In this document: in pieces, positions 10,099 to 19,253 of the stretch
Position numbering within the stretch: position 1 is the stretch's first letter
Layout of the letters: each line of letters starts with the position of its first letter
Assembly: GCF_000011465.1 (NCBI RefSeq)
Contig: NC_005072.1
Location: forward strand, 1,320,001-1,352,000
From: Prochlorococcus marinus subsp. pastoris str. CCMP1986
GTDB lineage: Bacteria > Cyanobacteriota > Cyanobacteriia > PCC-6307 > Cyanobiaceae
DNA length: 32,000 nucleotides
Direction: 5' to 3'
Made by a program: the position numbers and the translations under genes
The notes under the pieces: generated by a model
What the model was told of the DNA's origin: nothing
The model's database searches: none
The model's input: the letters and a program-made list of their open reading frames with translations, nothing else

Positions 10099-10737
10099 AT
10101 GTGCGGAAGATTTGAACTTAAAACTAAATTTGATAAGTTACCAAAAGTTTTAAAACAAGACTATCCAAGTGGACTTGATAATAAATACGAGACACAGAGT
10201 TTAATTAGACCAACTGATCCAGTCCTTGTAATTAAAAATGAAGGAAAAATTCAGACAACTTTTATGTCATGGGGTTTTATATCTCCTTGGTCTAAAGATC
10301 CTTTTGATAAGACAAAACCCAGACCATTTAATGCAAGATCAGAAACTGTGGAAGAGAAAAAATTATTTAGTGGAAGTTGGAAACATAAAAGATGTTTAAT
10401 ACCAGCAAGTGGTTTTTTTGAAAAAAACTATCGTATTAGGAAAGAGAATTATGAAACTTTTTGGTTAGGAGGGATTTGGAGCAAATGGTCTTCACCTGAT
10501 GGAGCAGAGTTAGAAAGTTGCTGTGTTTTAACAACTGAACCAAATAATTTAGTGAAACCTTTACATCATCGTATGCCAGTTATTGTTCCTAATGGATACG
10601 AAGAACAATGGACTGAACAGGTTAAGGATGCGCATGAATTAAAAGGGTTAATACCCATAATGTTGGGATGGTCATCTTCTGGATGGATAACGGAAGAAAT
10701 TAATAAAAAGTCTACTGATCAGATGAACTTATTTTAA
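10099..10737 (+). CDS. SRAP (YedK/HMCES) domain protein
   Basis: MCGRFEL start, FNARSETV, RRCLIPASGFFE-like, MPVI. Confidence 0.95.
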   Translation: MCGRFELKTKFDKLPKVLKQDYPSGLDNKYETQSLIRPTDPVLVIKNEGKIQTTFMSWGFISPWSKDPFDKTKPRPFNARSETVEEKKLFSGSWKHKRCLIPASGFFEKNYRIRKENYETFWLGGIWSKWSSPDGAELESCCVLTTEPNNLVKPLHHRMPVIVPNGYEEQWTEQVKDAHELKGLIPIMLGWSSSGWITEEINKKSTDQMNLF

Positions 10738-10835
10738 ATTGGAAATATTAAATATATTTTTGTTATTGAAATTTACTAAGTTTATTTGTTGAAGCCTTGG
10801 TGATTCAATAAGTTTAGATTAGCCCTTTTTAAAAA

Positions 10836-10967
10836 ATGGTAAAAGTAATTAACAGAAAAATTAGATTTTTTAGATGGCTAAATACTGATTTGATCTTACC
10901 TCTTTCTGCCTTCGCGATTACTTCTACTTTATTTCTATATTTAGTTTTATTGATTGCCATAAAATAA
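10836..10967 (+). CDS. Small single-TM protein, 43 aa
   Basis: MVKVINRKIRFFRWLNTDLILPLSAFAITSTLFLYLVLLIAIK*. Confidence 0.55.
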   Translation: MVKVINRKIRFFRWLNTDLILPLSAFAITSTLFLYLVLLIAIK

Positions 10968-11161
10968 TTTTTATTAATTATTTACTAATAATTTACAACT
11001 TATGAAGATTTAAAATTGTTAATAAATTTTCAAAAAATTGCCCAAATTAATACTATTTGAACATTTGAAACTACATATTACTTTCATAAAAAGAGTCTTT
11101 GATGGATAATAAATTATATAAACTAAAATTTATTAAAAACTAAATCCTAACCCAAAATAAT

Positions 11162-12340
11162 TTGAGCGATATTAAATTTTCTGGCCTTAAAGGTCAAGCA
11201 CTTGCAATAAAGATGAGTGATATTCCAAGCATGAAAGAGTTTCAAAGTGTTATTCCAAATAACTGCTTTAAATCTCAAACAATAACTTCATTAGGCTATC
11301 TTTTACAATCAATCATAATTCAGGCAATTGTTGTCGCAATAGGATTAACAATTCCTTTTAGTCAAAGAATGGTCCCGATTTGGATCCTTTATGCACTTTT
11401 ATCAGGAACTACTGCTATGGGTTTTTGGGTAATTGCCCATGAATGTGGTCATGGAGCCTTCTCAAAAAATAAAACTTTGGAAACCATTACTGGATATTTA
11501 CTTCATTCATTATTATTAGTTCCGTATTTCTCTTGGCAACGTTCACATGCAGTCCATCATCGTTTCACCAATCATATAACTAATGGAGAGACTCACGTGC
11601 CCATAGTTATTGATGGGAATGGAATTAGCGAAAAAGTTGGAGGTGAAAAGGAACTATCTTTCTCAAGTAAATTAGGCAAAACTAAGTATGGAATTCTCCA
11701 ATTAGTTCTACATCTTATTTTTGGTTGGCCTGCTTACTTGTTATCTGGAAGTACAGGTGGTCTCAAATATGGTACTTCAAATCATTTTTGGCCAAGAAAA
11801 CCTTTTTCTAAAACATTGTGGCCTGCTGTATGGGCGAAAAAAGTTTGGATTTCAGATATTGGTGTAGCTGCAGTCATAGTTGGACTTATTATTTTTATTA
11901 TCAAACATGGATTCTTTCCAATAATTGGAATGTATGTAGGACCTTTATTAGTAGTTAATTGTTGGTTAGTTATATATACTTGGCTTCACCACACAGATTC
12001 AGACGTCCCACACCTCTCTAATTCAGAATTTTCTTTTATGAGAGGAGCCTTTCTTTCAATTGATAGGCCTTATGGGAAGATTATTAATATTCTTCATCAT
12101 AATATTGGTTCAAGTCACGTAGTTCATCATGTATGCCCAACTATTCCTCACTATCATGCTACCAAGGCTACTCTTGCAATAAGAAAAGCATTCAATAAAG
12201 CCTATCTTTTTAATCCCGATCCAATACATAAAGCTCTATGGAATATTGCTTGTAATTGTATTGCGGTTAAATCAGATATAGATGAAGGAAGATATATTTG
12301 GCAATCCTCTTATAAAAAAAAGATTAAAACAACTTATTGA
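11162..12340 (+). CDS. desA: Fatty acid desaturase, Delta12/DesA type (TTG start in track; start may differ)
   Basis: Histidine boxes HECGHGAF, HAVHHRFTNH, HVVHH. Confidence 0.88.
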   Translation: MSDIKFSGLKGQALAIKMSDIPSMKEFQSVIPNNCFKSQTITSLGYLLQSIIIQAIVVAIGLTIPFSQRMVPIWILYALLSGTTAMGFWVIAHECGHGAFSKNKTLETITGYLLHSLLLVPYFSWQRSHAVHHRFTNHITNGETHVPIVIDGNGISEKVGGEKELSFSSKLGKTKYGILQLVLHLIFGWPAYLLSGSTGGLKYGTSNHFWPRKPFSKTLWPAVWAKKVWISDIGVAAVIVGLIIFIIKHGFFPIIGMYVGPLLVVNCWLVIYTWLHHTDSDVPHLSNSEFSFMRGAFLSIDRPYGKIINILHHNIGSSHVVHHVCPTIPHYHATKATLAIRKAFNKAYLFNPDPIHKALWNIACNCIAVKSDIDEGRYIWQSSYKKKIKTTY

Positions 12341-12455
12341 AACTAATCTAATATCACATTAATTTACGCAAATCTGAAAATAATATAAAAGAATTAGAAA
12401 TTAAGTCTTTTTTATCTTAAAAACTTAATTGGAAATTGATCCTATTTTTGTAGTT

Positions 12456-12617
12456 ATGAGCGGAGACAACCTTCACGGTAAGCAACCAATCAAGTTTTAT
12501 TCTGAAGAAGTAACACTTACTAAAGTGCAATTATTAGAAAAGCAATTAAGTTTAGGAGATAAAGTATCAGACTTAGATGCGAAGCATAAAGAATGGAGCA
12601 GACAGTTATCAATATAA
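12456..12617 (+). CDS. Small hypothetical protein (internal ATG start likely)
   Basis: MSGDNLHGKQPIKFYSEEVTLTKVQLLEKQLSLGDKVSDLDAKHKEWSRQLSI*. Confidence 0.55.
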   Translation: MSGDNLHGKQPIKFYSEEVTLTKVQLLEKQLSLGDKVSDLDAKHKEWSRQLSI

Positions 12618-12750
12618 TTTCTTTTTAAAAGATATTAAAACTGCTGAAAAAATAATTATAAATATTAATAAATTAATAAAGTGTGTAATTTGATTTCATG
12701 AATTTTTAATTTATAAAAATTTTACAGAAAAAAAATTATTCATAATCCCT

Positions 12751-13374
12751 TTATAAAGATCCTTTCCTGTAAATTACCGAAAAGTTATTAGCAGGCATCC
12801 GAATAAGCTCCTCTTCAATGAAATCATTCTTGTTGGCTTCTTCACTAACTTCTTCTAAATCTCTAACACCCCAAGATTCGTTTTGCATTTTTAAGGAAAT
12901 ATCAAATAATTCATTGCTTTGACTAATATGCTTACCACCTATTTTAAATGGCCCATATAACATCAAAAATTGTCCATTTTTTAATAAGTTGCCAGATTCG
13001 CTAAATAGTGATTTTGTACAGTTCCAGGATGCTATATGAATCATATTGATAGATATTATTCCTTGAATAGAATAAAGTAATTCAGATGGTATTTCCCAAG
13101 GAATTTTCTCCACATCAATATCTAAAGGTTGAGGCATTTGACAATTTAATTCTTCATGCTCAATCCAAGAACTAATACTCTTTCTATGAACTAGTTCCGG
13201 ATCACTTGATTGCCAAGTTAATTCTGGGAAGCATTTTTGAAATTTAATTGCATGCTCTCCACTACCGCTACCAATTTCTAAAATATAACCTTTTTTTAGA
13301 AGAATTCTTGATAATACTTCTGCTATAGAATCTTTATTTCTTTCAGTTGCAGGAAAGAAAAGTCTATTATCCAA
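12751..13374 (-). CDS. DUF938 family SAM-dependent methyltransferase
   Basis: ERNKDSIAEVLSRIL, ILEIGSGSGEHAIKF, WQSSDPE, INMIHIASW. Confidence 0.9.
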   Translation of the reverse strand: MDNRLFFPATERNKDSIAEVLSRILLKKGYILEIGSGSGEHAIKFQKCFPELTWQSSDPELVHRKSISSWIEHEELNCQMPQPLDIDVEKIPWEIPSELLYSIQGIISINMIHIASWNCTKSLFSESGNLLKNGQFLMLYGPFKIGGKHISQSNELFDISLKMQNESWGVRDLEEVSEEANKNDFIEEELIRMPANNFSVIYRKGSL

Positions 13375-13382
13375 AATAGTTT

Positions 13383-13526
13383 TTATTTAGCTCTTCTCAA
13401 TTTTGGAGCTTTATAAAACATTATTTTGAAGCTAAATAACAATATTGAAACAGTTAAAACAGGCAAAATATAAAGTATCAATTCAGAACTGAATAAGGAC
13501 GGAACGCTAGAAAAAATCAAATGCAT
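13383..13526 (-). CDS. Small single-TM protein, 47 aa
   Basis: MHLIFSSVPSLFSSELILYILPVLTVSILLFSFKIMFYKAPKLRRAK*. Confidence 0.5.
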   Translation of the reverse strand: MHLIFSSVPSLFSSELILYILPVLTVSILLFSFKIMFYKAPKLRRAK

Positions 13527-14313
13527 ATAGTAAGTAGTAAATGACATAACTATTTTTTTATTTAATTTATTAATAGCAATTATTTACTTAAATAAAAAGA
13601 GTATTTACTCTAGTATTCAAGAATATAAATTTGTATAAAAATTAAACTGCTTTTAAATTAATTATTAAAGCTATCTAAAAAAAGAATATTAGATAGAAAG
13701 ATATTCTTCTTTTGCATTTTTGGAGATTTCTATTTCTATTTTTAAAAATATCTTTTTTTTAAAATAAAAAGAGTCGGCCTGTATCCCTACTAGCCAACTC
13801 TTGTTAATAATATTAGTTAAAAATTATATTGAATGAGGATTTTATCTCAAAAAAAGATGTTCAAAATTATTTTATAAATAATAAAGTTCAAGAATTTGGT
13901 TTCTAAAAAAAAGAATATAAAAAAGGCCCCTTAAACATAATCAAGTATAAATTAATCTATCTTTCATTGAATTGCTGGAGGTGTTCTTTCAATATTTAAA
14001 TAGATTGGTTTATATATTAAATAATAATTAAAAAAATTTTTTCCATGTATTAAATCCTAAGAGATCTATTAAATTTTGACTATATATAATTAACGAGAAC
14101 TCAAATCACAGTTATAAGTGGATTCATGGTATATTAGGTCTATCTCAGGTAGAGATAAGATTAACTAATATTGACCAAGCTAAAGAATTTCTAGTAAGAA
14201 TACCAATTGCAAGAGTCAAGCCTTCAATTATATAAGTGTCTTTAATCTATTTTTGATTAAATACGAATATTTATGTTTCTTATCAATCCTGAATTTATAA
14301 CATTACAATTTAA

Positions 14314-14448
14314 ATGAAAAAATTAAACAAAAAGTATGCAGATTTATTGCATCAAGCATCTAAGGCAACCGGTAGAAAAGAAGCGGTAGGTTTATTGCAT
14401 AAGGCGGCAAAACTTCAAACTAAATTTGATGAGAAGTCTAAGCCTTAA
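14314..14448 (+). CDS. Small basic hypothetical protein, 44 aa
   Basis: MKKLNKKYADLLHQASKATGRKEAVGLLHKAAKLQTKFDEKSKP*. Confidence 0.6.
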   Translation: MKKLNKKYADLLHQASKATGRKEAVGLLHKAAKLQTKFDEKSKP

Positions 14449-14612
14449 AAGGAGCGTCGTAATTCCTAGTCAAAAATAGAGGCTTAGAAACGTTTTGGAC
14501 ATTAATGTAACAGAAATGCAGCTAAATAATCTACAACACGAGTATTTACCTCTATTTATTTACAAAAATAAATATATGTGTTATATTTATTAATATAAAT
14601 TACTTTAAAAAA

Positions 14613-14720
14613 ATGACTCCTGAAGCAGAACGTTTTAATGGTTGGGCAGCAATGTTAGGTTTCGTAGCAGCTGTAGGTGCTTACGTAACAACAGGTCAAA
14701 TCATCCCTGGTTGGTTCTAA
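14613..14720 (+). CDS. hli: High-light-inducible protein (short form, 35 aa)
   Basis: MTPEAERFNGWAAMLGFVAAVGAYVTTGQIIPGWF*. Confidence 0.93.
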   Translation: MTPEAERFNGWAAMLGFVAAVGAYVTTGQIIPGWF

Positions 14721-14860
14721 TGAAGAACAACGAACCAAAATTAGTTGAAAAAGAAAAAATTGTAGCCGAAAAACTTAATGGTAGGTTTGCCATGATGGGA
14801 TTCGTTGCATTAGTAGGAGCTTATCTAACCACAGGTCAAATTATTCCTGGATTTATCTAA
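14720..14860 (+). CDS. hli: High-light-inducible protein, start overlaps upstream stop (TAATG)
   Basis: MKNNEPKLVEKEKIVAEKLNGRFAMMGFVALVGAYLTTGQIIPGFI*. Confidence 0.93.
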   Translation: MKNNEPKLVEKEKIVAEKLNGRFAMMGFVALVGAYLTTGQIIPGFI

Positions 14861-14883
14861 GCCTTTTCAAATAAATTTTATAA

Positions 14884-14918
14884 GCCAGATTGCCAAACTC
14901 GATCTGGTTTTTTTTATT
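14884..14918 (+). terminator. Rho-independent terminator of the hli pair
   Basis: CCAGAT tgccaaactcg ATCTGG followed by T run. Confidence 0.75.
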
Positions 14919-15036
14919 TTAATTAATTACTTTAACTATATTCTTTTTAAGTAATTGGAATTAAGAAAATTAGAACATTAATTATTTTTCTATTATTAAA
15001 AAAATTAGTTAGTATTGCTTAAATGATTATAAAAAA

Positions 15037-15156
15037 ATGAATGCAATTAATAAATATTTACCTTTTGGCTTAAAAGCTGAAAAGATCATGCCATCTTTTA
15101 TTATTTTTAAGCTTCTTACCTTTTCTGGTTTTATTGCTTATATGATGAATCGATAA
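15037..15156 (+). CDS. Small hypothetical protein, 39 aa
   Basis: MNAINKYLPFGLKAEKIMPSFIIFKLLTFSGFIAYMMNR*. Confidence 0.45.
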   Translation: MNAINKYLPFGLKAEKIMPSFIIFKLLTFSGFIAYMMNR

Positions 15157-15157
15157 A

Positions 15158-15271
15158 ATGATTTATCCTCCGCCTCAAGTAGTTTTTGCCTTACTGATTT
15201 TATCCACTGCAGCAGTATTAATTTGGGATATTAAATATAATCCTTTCGGTGAAGATCAAGACGGGATATAA
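15158..15271 (+). CDS. Small single-TM protein, 37 aa
   Basis: MIYPPPQVVFALLILSTAAVLIWDIKYNPFGEDQDGI*. Confidence 0.5.
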   Translation: MIYPPPQVVFALLILSTAAVLIWDIKYNPFGEDQDGI

Positions 15272-15379
15272 AAACAGGTTTAAAACCCCATTAAATTTAA
15301 GTCTTTAATCAGTATAAAAACTCTATCGGAATAATAAAAATCATATTAAAGTCAATTCAAATAATTGGAGGCAAATCAA

Positions 15380-15481
15380 ATGACCAACCTCGGATTGGAG
15401 ATTGTATTCTGGCTAATTTTATTAACCTATCTTGGAGCTAGACTTACCCAAACTAAGAAAGGTTACAAACAACAGTATTAA
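15380..15481 (+). CDS. Small single-TM protein, 33 aa
   Basis: MTNLGLEIVFWLILLTYLGARLTQTKKGYKQQY*, preceded by GGAGG. Confidence 0.55.
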   Translation: MTNLGLEIVFWLILLTYLGARLTQTKKGYKQQY

Positions 15482-15505
15482 CACTAAAAGAAGGAGGTTT
15501 TAATC

Positions 15506-15655
15506 ATGGCATTAAATGACACTTTTAAAATTCTTCCAAAAAATAAAACTTCTTTGGAGGCTGATTTAACATCATTCTTACCTAAAAAAGACTATTGGGC
15601 TGCAGAGTGCAAAGAGCATCCCTCTAAAAAAGAATGCCTTTTCTATTGCGACTAA
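15506..15655 (+). CDS. 49 aa protein with CP12-like C-terminal cysteine motif
   Basis: MALNDTFKILPKNKTSLEADLTSFLPKKDYWAAECKEHPSKKECLFYCD*, strong SD GGAGG. Confidence 0.7.
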   Translation: MALNDTFKILPKNKTSLEADLTSFLPKKDYWAAECKEHPSKKECLFYCD

Positions 15656-15748
15656 AATTAACTTTTATACGTAAACTTGTAAATTTTGCAGATTGATTTT
15701 TAATAGATTTATTCTAAATTAAATTTAATTTTTATTTGAGGAAGATTT

Positions 15749-15865
15749 ATGAATACAAGAAAGAAAAATCCCAAAAGGGGGGTAGGGAAAACTGAAACCA
15801 ACACCGAATGGTTGGATAAAGTTATTAATCAGTTAATCAATAAAGATTTCAGTCAATATCTTTAA
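15749..15865 (+). CDS. Small hypothetical protein, 38 aa
   Basis: MNTRKKNPKRGVGKTETNTEWLDKVINQLINKDFSQYL*. Confidence 0.5.
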   Translation: MNTRKKNPKRGVGKTETNTEWLDKVINQLINKDFSQYL

Positions 15866-16191
15866 GTTGTGATTTTAATTCAAAAACTTTAACTAGCATT
15901 CTTAGATTGATTTCTAGCTTAAAATTTATTTTAAATAAAATGAAATAAAATCTTTAGATATTATCCAAGTCCCCAATAATGCCTTTTGTTTCAAAATAAG
16001 AAATATATTAAAAGGGACTAAAAAACTGAAAGATATTTATGGATAAGATTACTTTCTACAAATTTAATTTTGTTTCTTATGTAAGTTCTATTTTTTTAAT
16101 TTATGGGTTTAAATAAGGGTAAATAATAATACAAGGGAATTTTTTTTAATTTTAAAAGGTGATAGATTTATTAAGAAATTTTGGCTACAAA

Positions 16192-16326
16192 ATGAGAGTA
16201 AAACTTGAACCTGAAACAGCTTTTATAGGTAAAAAATTTGCATATATTTTTCTAGGTATAATATTTGCTCTTAATTCAATAGTCTTCATTTGGTATTTCT
16301 TTTTTTCTAATCTAACTTGGAGCTAG
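16192..16326 (+). CDS. Small single-TM protein, 44 aa
   Basis: MRVKLEPETAFIGKKFAYIFLGIIFALNSIVFIWYFFFSNLTWS*. Confidence 0.5.
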   Translation: MRVKLEPETAFIGKKFAYIFLGIIFALNSIVFIWYFFFSNLTWS

Positions 16327-16370
16327 TGAATTATCACTTATTAATAGATCCATATAGTAGTCAGTTAAAT

Positions 16371-16541
16371 CAAGCGCAAACCAGCTTGAGTATTTATACT
16401 CACAGTAAGTAATTTTACTCACTATAATAAAAGCAAGCATTTAGGAAGTGCTTAGCTGGTTAAGCTCAGTCAATCTGAATTTAACTTTATCGTCATGAGA
16501 GTTTGCTAGTAGGGATGCGAGCAAGCTCTTTTTAATTTTTT
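16371..16541 (+). ncRNA. Candidate structured RNA: several consecutive hairpins ending in a terminator
   Basis: CAAGC/GCTTG, GAGTAT/ATACTC, AGTAA/TTACT, AAGCA/TGCTT, then GAGAGTTTGCT..AGCAAGCTC + T run; no ORF. Confidence 0.45.
16489..16541 (+). repeat. Copy A of ATCGTCATGAG + hairpin element
   Basis: ATCGTCATGAGAGTTTGCTAGTAGGGATGCGAGCAAGCTCTTTTTAATTTTT. Confidence 0.75.
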
Positions 16542-16733
16542 GCAAATAATACTCAGTTTGTAAATAAACAAATCAACAGTTTTTGATTTTTAATAAAAAA
16601 GATTAAGTTAAAGCATTGATTAGAACTTAAGAAAAAGTTGTTGAATAAGACCTTGTCAATCAGGATTAAATTTTTTTTAGAAACTTTCCTGTCAAAATAA
16701 TTTTGCTAAAAAAGGATATAGATTAAATTCAAT

Positions 16734-16835
16734 ATGTCTTTAGATTTCATTCTTATTCCTTTTTGTATAATTGCTATTTTATGGTTATTTAATCGAGAGA
16801 ACAAAATCTACCGCAATAATAAAAAAGCACGATAA
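16734..16835 (+). CDS. Small single-TM protein, 33 aa
   Basis: MSLDFILIPFCIIAILWLFNRENKIYRNNKKAR*. Confidence 0.4.
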   Translation: MSLDFILIPFCIIAILWLFNRENKIYRNNKKAR

Positions 16836-16951
16836 AAACAAATCTAAACTCAAAAAATTTAAGCTTGATATTTAATATTGCTGTAATTATTTTGGTATTT
16901 TTTATTTAATATGTTTCCTTATTTTATATAAATTCAATTACTAAGAAAAAT

Positions 16952-17071
16952 TTAAGCATTCAATTTATTACTAATTAACTTATCCCAATAAACTTTTGAA
17001 CGACTTATTTGTTCCAATTTTTGTTTGCAATGAATACAATTGCAAGTTCTTGCTAATGTTTTGGAAGTCAT
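16952..17071 (-). CDS. Small Cys-containing protein, 39 aa
   Basis: MTSKTLARTCNCIHCKQKLEQISRSKVYWDKLISNKLNA*. Confidence 0.45.
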   Translation of the reverse strand: MTSKTLARTCNCIHCKQKLEQISRSKVYWDKLISNKLNA

Positions 17072-17264
17072 TACTTCATTTTTTTTTAAAAAAACAAATA
17101 TCTAAATTAATTGCAATAGCAAATATTCTTATCCTGTAAATTTATCAATAAAAAATTGAAAAGGGAAATATTTTTTTATAAAAAGAAAGAGTAAAGATGG
17201 TCTCAATTTGATTAGTATTTTATAATCTTAAAAACTATTGAAAATTTAATCAAATAAATTTCCT

Positions 17265-18467
17265 TTGCAAATTTCAACTCAATCAACTATTAAAAAATTT
17301 ATCCGCCAAGTTTGTTTACCATGGAATTCTATTCCATTAATAGATAGATGGTTAATAGCGCAAATATTACCTCCAATGTTATTTGCTATCTCTGCTTTTA
17401 CAGTTATTTCATTATCAGTGGGAGTAATGTTTGATCTAATAAGAAAAATAGTTGAATTTGGATTACCTTTATTTTTAGCTATAAAAGTTCTTTTTTTTAG
17501 CCTTCCAAGTTTTCTAGTTTTGTCGTTCCCGATGGCAGTTTTATTGTCTACGTTGTTAGCTTATGGGAAATTATCAGCAAATTCAGAATTATTAGCATTG
17601 AAATCTTTAGGAATAAAAACTTCAAGAATTATCGCTCCTGCTATTGCAGTTTCTATATTAATGACAGGCTTAACTTTTTATTTCAACGATAACTTGGTAC
17701 CTTCAAGTAATAAGTTAGCAGAATCTACTTTAAGAGCTGGTATTGGAAGTTCTTTTAGCAGTGAAGAAGGGAAAGATAATATTATGTTCTCTAGATATGG
17801 TTCAAGAATAGAATCGGCAACAAATAAGCCCACAAAGACTAATACATTCCTCACTCATATTTTCTATGCATCGTGGTTTGAAAATAACATTATGCAGGGA
17901 GTTACTGTTTTGGATTTTTCGAGACAAGATATACAGCAAATCTTAAAAGCAAAAAGTGCGGTATTTGATAAGGAAAACTCCTCCTGGATATTTTCAGATG
18001 GTAGTATTGTTTCTGTTGACCAAGGCGGTCAAACTACTAATATTCAATTTGAAAAATATAGGTATCCATTTGTAGAAGGGCCCTTAGATTTAGCCAGAGT
18101 CCCAAAAGATGCTACCGAAATGTCTCTTAAGCAAGCATTAGAGGCTGAGAGAATATACAAAGAGACAGGAAACTTAAAAGAAATAAGAAGAATTCAAGTT
18201 CGCATCCAAGAAAAATTTACTTTGCCTTTTGCATGCTTAGTATTCGGATTAATTGGAAGTAGTCTAGGATCAAAATCCAATTTAAGATCTTCCAAAAGTC
18301 AGGGATTTGGATTAAGCGTTATTCTAATATTAGTTTATTATGTGATGTCTTTTGTATTCAGTTCATTTGGAGTAAAGGGATTGTTAAGTCCAATAATTGC
18401 AACTTGGCTACCTGTTTTAATTTCTATGGGTGGTGGAATTTATTTCTTAAGAAAGGCTAGTTTATAA
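17265..18467 (+). CDS. LptF/LptG (YjgP/YjgQ) family permease
   Basis: PPMLFAISAFTVISLSVGVMFDLIRKIVEFGLPLFLAIKVLFFSLPSFLVLSFPMAVLLSTLLAYG..., multi-TM; 400 aa. Confidence 0.92.
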   Translation: MQISTQSTIKKFIRQVCLPWNSIPLIDRWLIAQILPPMLFAISAFTVISLSVGVMFDLIRKIVEFGLPLFLAIKVLFFSLPSFLVLSFPMAVLLSTLLAYGKLSANSELLALKSLGIKTSRIIAPAIAVSILMTGLTFYFNDNLVPSSNKLAESTLRAGIGSSFSSEEGKDNIMFSRYGSRIESATNKPTKTNTFLTHIFYASWFENNIMQGVTVLDFSRQDIQQILKAKSAVFDKENSSWIFSDGSIVSVDQGGQTTNIQFEKYRYPFVEGPLDLARVPKDATEMSLKQALEAERIYKETGNLKEIRRIQVRIQEKFTLPFACLVFGLIGSSLGSKSNLRSSKSQGFGLSVILILVYYVMSFVFSSFGVKGLLSPIIATWLPVLISMGGGIYFLRKASL

Positions 18468-18523
18468 ATTTTGATTGATTGACAGCTAGTTTAAAATAAT
18501 AGTTATTTATCATCTAATATTTT

Positions 18524-18808
18524 GTGACTATTGAAACAACCGTTTTCACCTTTCAAATTTCAAATACATTTGAAGAGTAGGCGAAAATTTTTGATAGTCC
18601 AGAGATAGATGAATTTCATAAAAACTTAGGATTATCCCTTCTTTATAGAGGGAAAGGTTTAACAGATCCTAAAGAAGTTATTGTTATTCATCAAGCCAAA
18701 AAAGGAGTCGCTAAACATATATTTTCTGATCCCGAAACAATAAAGAATATTGAAGCTGGAGGTCATATATATAGCACTACAAAAATCACAAGTTGGTTAT
18801 CAGATTGA
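18524..18808 (+). pseudogene. DUF3764-like gene interrupted by one in-frame TAG (18578-18580)
   Basis: VTIETTVFTFQISNTFEE*AKIFDSPEIDEFHKNLGLSLLYRGKGLTDPKEVIVIHQAKKGVAKHIFSDPETIKNIEAGGHIYSTTKITSWLSD*; aligns with intact copy at 27131..27412. Confidence 0.75.
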
Positions 18809-18997
18809 TTGAATTACGAGATATATAGAAGATTACTTTCTCAGGGATGGAGGAAAATAAAACCAGTTTGATCATAAAAATTATTTACATCAACTTTTCA
18901 AAAGATTTAAAGACAGAATTTAAAAAAGCAATACATTAAATAACTCGCAGATTTGTAACTTAAATTTTAGGATTGATCTATAAATAAATTAAAAAAT

Positions 18998-19198
18998 ATG
19001 GGCGAAGCAAAAAGAAGGCAAGCATTGGGTATCCCTCCAAGAAAAAAAATATCAGATATAAATAAATCAGATAGGTATATTTCTTGGCTTCCACTTACCA
19101 AAACGAGAATTAAAAAATATCCATATATGGGAGTAGCAACAATGGCATTAGGTGCGATTATATTCTTAGTAAGTGGTGGATTTAATACTATTAGTTAG
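18998..19198 (+). CDS. DUF2839 family protein
   Basis: MGEAKRRQALGIPPRK start and C-terminal TM. Confidence 0.85.
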   Translation: MGEAKRRQALGIPPRKKISDINKSDRYISWLPLTKTRIKKYPYMGVATMALGAIIFLVSGGFNTIS

Positions 19199-19253
19199 TA
19201 ATTAATAATTTCATTTCTAATTTTTTAGAGGCTTTTTATTTAAATCTTTAAAA

